DNA from: a virus
Length of the DNA: 40,676 bases
Direction: 5' to 3' (one strand)
IMG/VR virus record: IMGVR_UViG_3300021058_000001
Location: 1-40,676 of that record
Positions 6,654 to 16,500 of this stretch are shown piece by piece; position 1 is the stretch's first letter, and the number at the start of each line of letters is the position of its first letter. The notes beneath the pieces were generated by a model that did not search any database, was not told the DNA's origin, and saw only the letters and a list, made by a program, of their open reading frames with translations. The position numbers and the translations under genes are program-made.

Positions 6654-7261
6654 CACACGCCCTCCAACAGCACATAGGGGATGACCTCGCGCCGCCAGCC
6701 CGCGGGGGCGATGCGCTTGGCCTGGTCGGTCACGGTGGCGATGAAGGCGGGCCACTGGTCGGGCGGAATGGTCTGACACCCTTCGGAGCTGGTCGAACCC
6801 CAGCCGCCCCGGTGAATGTTGATCCCGAACATTCCGGTTTCGGGATAGGGCGGGTCGCCGTCGCGGGTCACGGTCACCACGCCCGCGCGCTGGCACAGGG
6901 CCTCATGCGCGCCCTTGGCGCCGCGCTTGTGAACGTCGAGGCGGTACACCGGCCAGACGCCGGGGTTCAGGCTGGCCATCCCCTTGCCCGCGCCAAAGCC
7001 CTTGCCCTTGCGATAGCCGCTCGGGTCGGTGTTGGCGTTGAAGGCGACAAAGGCGTCCGGCGTGACGACGAAGATAGCATCGTCATAGACGGCGCGATCG
7101 TTGCGGCCGACCGCGCCCATGGTGTCGCGATAGTAGCCTCGGACGCCGACGATCAGCAGCGGGGCGTTCAACAGGCCGCGATCGGGGTGAACGGCCAGGA
7201 CGCGCCCCAGCAGCTCCGACCGGCTCATCTTCGGACGGGCGGCAGGACGGGCGGCGGTCAT
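6653..7261 (-). CDS. Putative endolysin (202 aa), possibly a YkuD-like (L,D-peptidase fold) Cys enzyme
   Basis: It sits between the holin and Rz, and its ATG overlaps the holin stop (ATGA). The motif GINIHRGGWGSTSSEGCQTI resembles the H...S-x-G-C active-site signature of the YkuD fold. The family assignment is tentative. Confidence 0.55.
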   Translation of the reverse strand: MTAARPAARPKMSRSELLGRVLAVHPDRGLLNAPLLIVGVRGYYRDTMGAVGRNDRAVYDDAIFVVTPDAFVAFNANTDPSGYRKGKGFGAGKGMASLNPGVWPVYRLDVHKRGAKGAHEALCQRAGVVTVTRDGDPPYPETGMFGINIHRGGWGSTSSEGCQTIPPDQWPAFIATVTDQAKRIAPAGWRREVIPYVLLEGV

Positions 7262-7620
7262 GCGGGCGCTCCGGCGACATAGGCTTGCGCCGCCAGCGTG
7301 GCGGCCTGGATCAGGGCGTCGACCGCCTCGGACGATCCCTTGCTCAACAGGGTCACGGCGATCGGCAGCAGCCACCAGCCGACCTTGGGAAACCATTTCC
7401 GCACGAAGGCGCAGAACAGCAGCCATTTGGTCAGGATATCGCCCATGGCCTGCAGCGTCGGTTTCAGCTCATGGAACTCGGCCTGGAAGGCCTCGGCCGT
7501 GTCGGCCAGACGCGTCAGCGCCCGCGCCTGTTCGCGCTGGCAGTCGTCATGGCGCGGGCATTGATCGGCCCGCTCATTCGACGCGCCCGCCTCCGGCCGA
7601 CGGGTCGGCGCCCGGCTCAC
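7258..7620 (-). CDS. Putative holin (120 aa)
   Basis: GTG start overlaps the upstream stop (GTGA). It has two hydrophobic segments (ILTKWLLFCAFV and VGWWLLPIAVTLL). It lies directly upstream of the endolysin. Confidence 0.5.
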   Translation of the reverse strand: MSRAPTRRPEAGASNERADQCPRHDDCQREQARALTRLADTAEAFQAEFHELKPTLQAMGDILTKWLLFCAFVRKWFPKVGWWLLPIAVTLLSKGSSEAVDALIQAATLAAQAYVAGAPA

Positions 7621-8006
7621 TGGCCCGCCTCCACCTTGGCCAGGGCGGCGGCGGTCAAGCCCTCCAGCCCCCAAAGGCAGTCGTCCCAATAGGTCAGGTG
7701 ACGCCAGCGAAGGCGCAGCGCCTGTTCCGCCTCGCCGCCGCCCAGCGACCCGTCCACATCGGCCGCGGCGAAGGCGGCCAGCGGGATCAGATACAGGTCA
7801 TGTTCGCGCGGTATGCAGCCGATCTCGGCGCAGGCGAAGGCGACGCCGGCCCGCACGGTCTCCAGCGGGTCAACCGCCGTCGGCTCCGGCCAGGCGACCA
7901 TGGCCGCCTGTATCCGGTCGCGGCGCTCGGCCAGCCCCCGCGACAGGGCGGCCAGCGCCAGCGCCCGATCGGCGCGCTCGATCGCCAGCTGGTCAATCCC
8001 GCTCAT
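7617..8006 (-). CDS. Hypothetical protein downstream of tail fiber (129 aa)
   Basis: ATG overlaps the tail-fiber stop (ATGA). The position suggests a fiber accessory or assembly role. No motif recognised. Confidence 0.5.
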   Translation of the reverse strand: MSGIDQLAIERADRALALAALSRGLAERRDRIQAAMVAWPEPTAVDPLETVRAGVAFACAEIGCIPREHDLYLIPLAAFAAADVDGSLGGGEAEQALRLRWRHLTYWDDCLWGLEGLTAAALAKVEAGQ

Positions 8007-10801
8007 ACGACCGCTCCGTCCCGCCAGCGATAGGTGCCTCGAATGGTGGTCCGGCGGGCCCATTTGCGCGGCGCGGTGCCGCTGCTGACGCCGGGATAGA
8101 CCTTCACCACGTCGACGCGGTCCTGGCAGGTCATGACGGAGGTGGTGCAGTTGCTGAAGTCGCCCGGCGGCGTGGCCGGGCCTTCCGGCATCAAGACTTC
8201 ATAGATGATCCCGCCGTCCGGGTTGCCCGAGCCGTCATCGAAATACAGGGACGCGCTGTCCTTGTTCACCCCGTCCGCGCCGGTGGCCAGCGTCAGGTCG
8301 CGCGCATCCTCCCGGCCGACCACGATGGCGGCATAGCCTTGCGCCTTGGCGCGGGTGATGGCGCGGCCGATCAGCATATTGGAATAGCCGTTCTGCTCGC
8401 TAACCTCGCCGCTGGGCGGCCCCTCGGCGTGGGCGACCAGCACGCTGGCGACCTCGATATCCTCGCCGCCCGCCTCGAAGGTCCCGCTGATCACATCGAC
8501 CAGGATGGTCCCGGCCATGTCGCCGTCGCCCCAGTCGCCCGTCATGCCGTACTCGGGAACCAGACAGACGTAGGCGGTCGCGCCGGAGGTGACGCCCTCG
8601 ATGATATCGCCGACCTGGATTTCCACCTCGCCGGCGGTGATTTCCAGCCGCTGGCCGATATCGAACTCGGCCTCCCAATGGCGGCCCTTGCGGTCGATCC
8701 AGATGCGCTCGCGCACCTCGCCAATCCATTTGCCGGGCTTGTCCCCCTCGACGGCGACATAGGGCATATAGCAGCGGGCGTGCCAGTCGATCATAAGCTC
8801 GGAGCCGCTGCCGCTGTCGCTGACGATCATGGCCAGAACGTCGCGGGTGCTGGTGGCGACCAGGCCGTGGCGCTCGATGCGCGCGCCGGACGGCGGGATA
8901 TGGCCCGCGATCCAGACGATGTTGGTGGTCACGATGTTGTAGTCGACGCCCGCGACCTGTTCGGTGCGCACCCCGGCCGCCGTCTCGACCTCGATCAGGA
9001 CGTCGGCGGGATCGGCGAAGCTGAAGCCAACCGGGATCGTCGTCGTCGCCCCGTCGCCATACGACACCGCCCGCGGATAGACGTTCAGGCTGATGGCGCA
9101 GTAGAACTCCTCCAGATTGCCGTGCCAGCGGCCCAGGAAGTCATGCACCGGATGGCCGCCCGAGACGGCGTTCAGATTGGTCTCCGACAGGGGGCCGACG
9201 CGCAGGGCGTAGATGTCGGTCGACGGCTGGATACGGTCAAAATTGCCGCTGCCGGTATGGCGCGAACCTATCTGGCCATAGCGATAGCGCCGCCCCCGAA
9301 CCTCGGCCTCGGACCAATGCCACACCGGGGCGTAAGGGTTGTCGAACGCCCCCAGCGACATGCCGATCTGGCCGGCGAACACGATCTTGTCCGTGGTGAA
9401 GTCGCCGTTGCTGCGCCGCGCCGGGTCATCATAGGTGATGTTCGCGGCCTTGATCAGGAGGCCGTCATCCTTGCGCTCGACCATGACCGGCCGGACCGGC
9501 GAAGGGATTTCGTACAGATCCCGCCCGGCGATGGCGTTGGCGTATTTCAGGGCGAGGTTCGGGCGCTGGACCAGGTGAAAGAAATTGGTCGTGTCGTCGC
9601 GCGGAAACTCCAGCAGGGTCCGCGCGGGCCACAGGTCCGCGTCGATCAGGGTGTTATTGCCCGCCGCGTCCCGCAGCGGGGTGGCGGTCAACAGGTCGAC
9701 GGTGTCGCCATAGTCGCGAAGGGTCACGGACGGCGAGCCGAAGGTCTTAACCTGATCGGTTTCGACCACATAGATCACGCCCAGGCGGTCGGCCGGGAGA
9801 ACCACCCACGGGTGACGCAGGATCAGGACGAAATTCCGCCCGTCGCCGCCGGACTTGAGGCGGCATCTCACCACGGCGTTGCGCTTGCCCAGCTCGGTCG
9901 CCGACGGAATGGTGAACAGGGTGGACTGCGTCGAGGCGTCGATGCGGCGGTAATATTCCACGCCCGGCCCGCCGATGGTGCCGACCTTGAAGGCGACGCC
10001 GTTGGCCACGGCCGCCCGGCCGGTGGCGATATCGGGATAGAGGGTCGCGGCGTCCAGACTGTCGACCAGGGCTTGCGCGTCGGCGATCGTCAGGTTCGCG
10101 GCGATCACCGACAGGGCGACCGCCGCCTCGGCCGCCGTCGCCTCGCCTGACGCCTCGGCGGCGATGACCGCCTGCGCCAGGGCGATCCCCGCCTGCGTCG
10201 TCGCCGTCCCGGCCTGGGTCGTCGCGGTCGCGGCCGCCGCCTCGGCGTCCACCTTGTGCTGTTCGGCCGCCGCCAGGTCCTCGGCCACCGCCGCTGAACT
10301 GTTCGGCACCAGAATGATCTGATCGCCCGCCTCATTGACGCCGAAGACCCGGCTGGCCAGCGCGGTTCCATGCGCCGGCGGCTTCAGCGAAAGGCCATGG
10401 CCCAGCAGCAGGGCCCGGCCGATATCCCGCCGCGCCTCCTGCGCCCGCGCCGCCGCCTCGCGGGCGTCGGCCTCCAGCCGATCGCTCAGGACCGCCCCGC
10501 CCTGCGGGTGCGCCCTCAGCCGCTTCTGTTTCTGGCGGCCCTCGATATGGCAGCGGTCGCCCGCCTCGGCCGGTTCCGTCAGCGTCAGGGTGAAGCCGTC
10601 GGCGTCCTGCGTCGTGATGGTGAAATCGCTGGTCACCGTCAGCTCGGACCGCACACCGTCGCGCTCGCGCACGAAGACGACACACGATCCCGCCACATCG
10701 CCGGGGGCGTCGATCAGGGGAAAGTCGCCGTCGAACGCCGTCTGCCCCTCCAGGGCGGTGAACGGTCCGGTGACGCGGTCGTTTTCGGGCAGGCTGGCCA
10801 T
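8003..10801 (-). CDS. Tail fiber / tailspike protein (~932 aa)
   Basis: The N-terminal pattern DRVTGPFTALEGQTAFDGDFPL is typical of podovirus fiber adaptor domains. An Ala-rich coiled coil and a large C-terminal domain follow. It occupies the T7 gp17 position. An alternative upstream start lies at 10834. Confidence 0.7.
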   Translation of the reverse strand: MASLPENDRVTGPFTALEGQTAFDGDFPLIDAPGDVAGSCVVFVRERDGVRSELTVTSDFTITTQDADGFTLTLTEPAEAGDRCHIEGRQKQKRLRAHPQGGAVLSDRLEADAREAAARAQEARRDIGRALLLGHGLSLKPPAHGTALASRVFGVNEAGDQIILVPNSSAAVAEDLAAAEQHKVDAEAAAATATTQAGTATTQAGIALAQAVIAAEASGEATAAEAAVALSVIAANLTIADAQALVDSLDAATLYPDIATGRAAVANGVAFKVGTIGGPGVEYYRRIDASTQSTLFTIPSATELGKRNAVVRCRLKSGGDGRNFVLILRHPWVVLPADRLGVIYVVETDQVKTFGSPSVTLRDYGDTVDLLTATPLRDAAGNNTLIDADLWPARTLLEFPRDDTTNFFHLVQRPNLALKYANAIAGRDLYEIPSPVRPVMVERKDDGLLIKAANITYDDPARRSNGDFTTDKIVFAGQIGMSLGAFDNPYAPVWHWSEAEVRGRRYRYGQIGSRHTGSGNFDRIQPSTDIYALRVGPLSETNLNAVSGGHPVHDFLGRWHGNLEEFYCAISLNVYPRAVSYGDGATTTIPVGFSFADPADVLIEVETAAGVRTEQVAGVDYNIVTTNIVWIAGHIPPSGARIERHGLVATSTRDVLAMIVSDSGSGSELMIDWHARCYMPYVAVEGDKPGKWIGEVRERIWIDRKGRHWEAEFDIGQRLEITAGEVEIQVGDIIEGVTSGATAYVCLVPEYGMTGDWGDGDMAGTILVDVISGTFEAGGEDIEVASVLVAHAEGPPSGEVSEQNGYSNMLIGRAITRAKAQGYAAIVVGREDARDLTLATGADGVNKDSASLYFDDGSGNPDGGIIYEVLMPEGPATPPGDFSNCTTSVMTCQDRVDVVKVYPGVSSGTAPRKWARRTTIRGTYRWRDGAVV

Positions 10802-10840
10802 GGGGTCATCCTGCCGCCCCCGACAGGCCCGCAACGCGCG

Positions 10841-13501
10841 TCAGCGTTCGGTCGGCTCCAGCGCCGCGCCAAGGTCCGGCGCCCGCTCCGGCGCCCCGCC
10901 CTGCGGCCACCACTGTTCCTGGCCGTACTCCCGCTCCATCCGCTTGCGGCGCCGCGCGAAGGCCTCCTCGGCCTCGGGGTCCAGAAGGCGATGCAGGTTG
11001 TCGGTCACCCCCCGGCTGAAGGCCGTGCGCAGCCACCACACCGTCGCCAGCGGCGTATAGCGCCCGACATAGTCGGCCGCGTCCCGCCCGATCCGCGCGC
11101 CCGCCACCGCCTCGCCCAGCTCGTCGCCGCGGCCCAGGTCCGCGCCGATTTCCAGCGCGTTCCCGATCGTCAGATTGAAGCTGTCGCCGACGAACTGGCC
11201 GACCGGACCGAAGGCCGCCGCCTGGGCGTTCAAGCCGTTTCGCGCCTGCGCCGCATACAGGAAGTCGCCGAAGATCCCCAGGCCGCCGCCCTGCATCATG
11301 GCCGCCCCCCAAAAGCGGGCATCGTCCATCTTGCGCGGGTCATTGCCCTTGATGATTTCCCGCAGTTGGATCGCCACCGCCCCGGCGATAGTCAGCGAGA
11401 CCAGCATCCCGGCGGCATAGCCCGCCGTCATGGCCACGCCGCCCGCCCGGTTGCCGCGCAACGCCAGCTCCTCGCCGAACAGGTGCGAGGCCGTCATCGA
11501 AAAGCCCCGGAACATGGCCCAGCTGCGCCGCGCCTCGCCCGATACCGTCCCCGGCCGGCTCTGCCCCATAAGCTTGGCGCGGGTCCACAGGGTCGTCTCC
11601 GGGCTGACCAGCCGCGTCTCCATCTCGATCGCCTCGCCCAGCCGCGCGGCCAGGGTCTCGTCGGCGACGTCCATGGGTCTCAGGAATTTGGCCCCGGTGC
11701 GCGGCTCCCACACCGGCGCCGCGCGGATGATCCCCCACGACGCCTCGTCAAACCCCCGCGCCTCCAGCCACTGACCCAGCATCCGGTCGCGCTCGTCCCC
11801 GGCGGCCAGGTCCTTCAGCGTCATGCCCCGCACATCGTGAAGGGCGCCCATGAACTCGAACCGGAAGGCCCGCTTTCGCGCCGCCACATAAGGCGTGAGG
11901 CCCTGCAGCCGCATCGTCGCCGCCGGCATCCGCCGGGCGAAGGCGTTGGCCTTGCCGTCGGCCCGCTCGCCGACCGTGACCAGTCGCAGGTTGTCGCCCG
12001 TCGCGCGCACGAAACCGTCGGTCGCCTGCTCGATGATGAAGCCGCTGCGCCGCGCGATCGCCCGCTCGGCCGGTGACGCCAGCAGCCGCACGAATTCCGC
12101 CATATCCCCGGTCCGCGACAGGCCGGTGAAGCTGCGCGCCATGGCGCCGAACATGGGCGCGCTCGGCATATCCGACAGGATGGCGGACCCCAGCGACACC
12201 CCCGTCAGCCACGCCCGCGCCGTCATTCCGGCCTGGGCGAGCTTGCTGTTCACCGGGGCGGCGGCGTCGCCGTTGAAATGCGCCAGCATATCGCGGGCGG
12301 TCTGGACATAGCTGCGCGCCCGGTCCGAGGCGCCCTGCACCCCGCCCGCCTCCTCGATCTGGGCCTCGCGCTGGGCGAAGGCGGCCAGCCATTCGAATTG
12401 ATGGTCGGGGTTCGGCCCCAGTATCTGCATCTGCGCGATATCGCGGGTCATGTCATCGACATGGCCCATCATCGTCTGGAAGGCGTCGGCCTCGCCGAAT
12501 TCCGATTGCGCCGCCAGCCAGTCGTCGGCGGATTTGAAGACCAGGAACCGTTCCTCGCCCCGCTGTTTGGCCAGCATCCCGCGCCCCAGCCGCTCGCCCG
12601 GTCGGCGCTTGATCGCGCCGCCGGTGGCGATATTGGCCCAGACCTCGCCCAGGACGGCCTTCAGCCGGGCGTCTGTGAACGGCAGGCCGGTCACCCGGTC
12701 GACCATGGCCGTCCGGTTCAACCGCGGCAGGATCCCCGCCACCCATGCGTCCTTGCCGACCTTGCGCACCTGGGCGGCGTCCCACCGTTGCGGCAGGCCC
12801 CATTTGTCCAGCTTGCCGATCGCGCCCCCGGCGGCGTTGAAGCCGTGCCTCAGCCATTCGGCCGTCTGGCCCCACGCCTCGGCCATGCCCTTCGCGGCCA
12901 GGTCGCCGGTGTCCTCGCCGAACGCCTCGCGCACAAGGTTTTCCAGCCGCGCGCGGCCCGGCCGGTCGAACCCGGTCCGCGTCTCGAAGGCCTCGATCAG
13001 CCCGGCCATCATGGCGTCGGCCTGACCGCGCAGATAGCGATACCGCCCCTCGATCGAAGAAAACGGCCCGCCCGACAGGCCGCCCTTGTTCTCGACCAGC
13101 AACTCGAGAGCCCGCGCCGCGATCGCGCCGCCGCTGCCCGGCCCCTTGGGCGGGGGCGCCCCGCCCTGTATCCATCCGTCCTTGGGCGGCTTGGACCCGC
13201 CGCCGCCGCCCAGGGCCTGCACGCCCTGATAGCCGCGGCGCGTCTTCAGGCCGGCGACGCCCTCCAGCACGGATCGCCGGGCGCGGATCATCACCGCCCG
13301 GCGCCGGGCGGCCTCGATCCGCTCGCCCTCCAGACGGCGCATCGTCGCCTCGGCCGCCATCCGGTCGGCCTCGACCGTGCCGAAGGTCTCGCTGAAGGCG
13401 GAAAAGGCGTCGTCATAGGCTTCGCGCGCGACGCCCGCCGTGTCCTCGTCGAACTCGCCCGCCGCCGCCGCCTCGTCGATACAGCCCCGAAAGGTCCCCA
13501 T
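10841..13501 (-). CDS. Large internal virion / DNA-ejection protein with C-terminal hydrophobic segments (886 aa)
   Basis: It sits between the internal-protein genes and the fiber. It has Gly-rich linkers and C-terminal TM-like segments (GVAMTAGYAAGMLVSLTIAGAVAI and GAAMMQGGGLGIFGDFLYAA). Confidence 0.6.
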   Translation of the reverse strand: MGTFRGCIDEAAAAGEFDEDTAGVAREAYDDAFSAFSETFGTVEADRMAAEATMRRLEGERIEAARRRAVMIRARRSVLEGVAGLKTRRGYQGVQALGGGGGSKPPKDGWIQGGAPPPKGPGSGGAIAARALELLVENKGGLSGGPFSSIEGRYRYLRGQADAMMAGLIEAFETRTGFDRPGRARLENLVREAFGEDTGDLAAKGMAEAWGQTAEWLRHGFNAAGGAIGKLDKWGLPQRWDAAQVRKVGKDAWVAGILPRLNRTAMVDRVTGLPFTDARLKAVLGEVWANIATGGAIKRRPGERLGRGMLAKQRGEERFLVFKSADDWLAAQSEFGEADAFQTMMGHVDDMTRDIAQMQILGPNPDHQFEWLAAFAQREAQIEEAGGVQGASDRARSYVQTARDMLAHFNGDAAAPVNSKLAQAGMTARAWLTGVSLGSAILSDMPSAPMFGAMARSFTGLSRTGDMAEFVRLLASPAERAIARRSGFIIEQATDGFVRATGDNLRLVTVGERADGKANAFARRMPAATMRLQGLTPYVAARKRAFRFEFMGALHDVRGMTLKDLAAGDERDRMLGQWLEARGFDEASWGIIRAAPVWEPRTGAKFLRPMDVADETLAARLGEAIEMETRLVSPETTLWTRAKLMGQSRPGTVSGEARRSWAMFRGFSMTASHLFGEELALRGNRAGGVAMTAGYAAGMLVSLTIAGAVAIQLREIIKGNDPRKMDDARFWGAAMMQGGGLGIFGDFLYAAQARNGLNAQAAAFGPVGQFVGDSFNLTIGNALEIGADLGRGDELGEAVAGARIGRDAADYVGRYTPLATVWWLRTAFSRGVTDNLHRLLDPEAEEAFARRRKRMEREYGQEQWWPQGGAPERAPDLGAALEPTER

Positions 13502-13505
13502 GGTC

Positions 13506-16500
13506 TCAGCCCTTCCCCGGCGAACAGGCGTTCAAATGGTCGATCGCGCGATTGAGGCCCGCTTCCTCATCCGGCAGGTCATCGAACAGGCCGGGCGGCG
13601 GGCCCTCGGGCTCGGGCGCGGTCCGCGCATAGCCTTCGCGCAGGGCCGCGCGGACGGCGGACCGATAGTCGCCATACTCGACGTGACCCGTCGGACCCTG
13701 TTCATCGAAATAGGTGACGCGGCCTTGCCCGGCCTTCTCAAGGTCAGGTCCGACCACGACGCCGCGACCGTCTGGATTGGTCAACCGGACCGACCCGCCC
13801 TCGGCCGCGATCTCGTCGGCCTCGGCGTCCAGCCGCTTCATCCGCGCCGTGGTCTCGGCGATCAGCTTGTCCAGCGTGTTCGCCTCGGCCTCTCCGACCG
13901 CCCGCGCGGCGATCCGCTCCACGGCCTCGGCCCGCATCGCCTCCATATTGGCGCGGTTCACCGCGTCGATTTCCCGGCCGTCCGACAGGCGGCCAGCGGC
14001 GAGCGCCCGGTCGTAGGCGTCGATCAGGTCCTCATCCATGACGCCTTCGCGGTTGGTGCCGATCGCGTCGGGGTCGTTGATCTTCTGCCAGGCCACCGCG
14101 TCCGAACGATATTGAGCCTCCGCTGCGGCCTTCTCCAGCTCGGCAATCCGCGCAGGGGCGAAGGCCCCCTCGACGGCCTCCGCGCCGTTGCGCCAGTGAA
14201 CCTCGGCCCGGATCGTCTCGACGCCTTCGCGGGCCGCCATCGCGACCCTGTTGTTTCCCTCGGCGATGAAGGCCTCGCCCCGGTGATTGACCATGACCAT
14301 GATCGCCGGGGGGTCCTGCCAGCCATTCTCCGCAACCGAAGCCGCCAGACGGTCGAACTTACCGCCGCCCGGCGCGGGCCGCTCGCCCTCGACACCCTCC
14401 AGGCCCTTCAAGGCCGCGACGGGCAGGCGCATTTCCTCCTTCAGCCCAGCCGTCGCAGTCGTCGCCCCTCGCAAGCGACGGCCGTTCAAGCCAGTCGGCG
14501 AGGTGCGCCCGTCCGCTTCTAGGTCGGCGGCTTCCTGCTTTCTGGCCACCCAATCGCCGCCGGGGTTGTCCTGCGTGAAACTCTCGGGTCGGGCCGCTGC
14601 CTCGGTCGCCCGCTGCACGTCCGCGCGGATCGGCGTTTCGAGCCAGGCATCCTCCGGCTTCGGCTCGGCCTGCGCCTTCTGTCCCGCGCCGCCCGGCGTG
14701 TCGAACGCCTCGGCCGCCTCGACGGCGGCGGGCGCGGGCGGCTTGGGGTTCAAGGCCACGGCCCGGCCCATGTCGTTCAACTCGCCCGCCTCGACCGCCG
14801 CACGGATGCGCTGGATCAGGCCCTTGGACGCCGCCGCCGGGGTCATCTTGCGCAGGGTCACCGCCTCGGCCGCCTCGGTGAAGGCCTCGCCGATTTCGCC
14901 GCTGCGCAGCGCCAGCCGGGAAACCAGCTCGCCCGCCGCCCGGTCGATCGCCAGCCGGGCTTCGTTGTCGTTCCGCGCCAGTATGTTGCCGCCGGCCTCG
15001 ATGGCCTCGGCGTGCCGGACCAGCTGGGCGTTGATCCGCGCATCCCGGCGCAGCCCGGCCAGCACCGCCTCGCGGATGCGGCCCCGGGCGATCACCGTGC
15101 TTTCGCGCGGCAGGGCGCCGAACAGGTCGCCCTGTATGCCCTCCGTCGCGATGAAGTCGTCCAGCATCGCTTCCTGTATGAGGGCGCGCGCCCCGTCGAC
15201 CGACCCCGGCTCGGCCTTCTGCAACAGGGCGACAAGGTCCGCCTGAATGTCCGGCCGGTCGCCGGCCATCTCGCCCAGGGCGGCGCCGTACCGCTCGGGG
15301 ATCAGGCCGTTCACCACGGCCCGGAACGCCGCGTCGGACAGGCTGGCCAGCTGGCGGGCCTGATGGATGAAGTCGCCGGTGATCGGCAAGGATCGGTCGC
15401 GCAGGGCGCCCGGCGCGTCGCGGAACAGCTTGGCCGCGTCCATGATCGTTCCGCTGCCCTCGCGGATGTTCTTCAGGCCCGCGACCACGCGCACCTCCCG
15501 CGCGGTCCAGCCGTCGGCCTCGCGCAACAGGTGGCCGTCGAGCCGGGTCCCTTCCCAGCCCTGCTCGACCATGCGCCGCGCCAGCCCCCGGCGCTGGTGG
15601 CCGTCGGCGACGAACTGGCGGCCCTGAAGGTCCTCGAAGACCAGGATCTTGCCCGACGCCGTGGCGTCCCATTGCTCGATCCCGCGCAGCCGCCCGGTCA
15701 CGCCCTCGGCGTCCGCGTCGGCCTTGTACTGGAACCGCTCGGCGTCGACCTCCAGCCGCATGGGATCGAACTGGCCGGACCAGATGGTTCGCCCGCGATA
15801 ATCGGTCGGCGTCAGACCGCCCGCGCCGACCGTCGCCCCGCCCGCCGAAGCGGGTTGCGATGGGCTAACACCGCCTAACGCCTCCGGCCCGAACAGGTCG
15901 TCAAGCTCCCGCTCCGGCTCGATCGTCGGCAGTACGCCCCGGTCCAGCGCCGCCCGGTCCGCGTCGAAGTCGCGGCCGGGGCCGATGACGGCCTCGTCCT
16001 CCAGCAGACGGTCCAGCGCCCGCGCCGTTCCCCGGTCGGCCGGATCGGCCGATGCGGCCAGCCGCCGCCCGGCCCCGCGCCATATCGACGCCGCCACCGA
16101 CCCGGCGCCCTCGAACACGACGCCTCCGCCCGCGCCGAACAGGATATCCAGCCCGGCTTCTCCGGCGCCGTATTCCGGCCCGCCGAAGCGCCGCGCATCG
16201 GCCCCGCGCGCGGGAACGTCCAGCGCCTCCTGACCGGCCGCCGCGCCGCCCTGAACCATCATACGGGTGAGCAGGGGCCGTCCGGCGCCCCAGCCGCCGG
16301 TGGCGATGGCCACGCCGATATTGGCCGGGTCGCTCATCGTCGCGCCGATCTGGCCGGTGAAGGCGCCGAACGCGCCGCCGACGCCGCTCCCGGCCGCCTC
16401 GTCCGCGCGCGCCCGCGTGGCCCGGAATTGGGCGTCCAGCCGCGCCGCGATTTCCGCCCGCGTCTCGACGCCCGCCAGCAGGGCGGGGTTCTTCGCCCGC

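Noticed and set aside
8339-13555. Long plus-strand ORFs (8339..10150, 10370..12076, 12278..13555) opposite the fiber and ejection-protein genes
   Set aside because: They are shadow ORFs. Their translations are dominated by R/G/A/P/D/H runs. They run against an uninterrupted, translationally coupled minus-strand operon whose products carry recognisable structural features.
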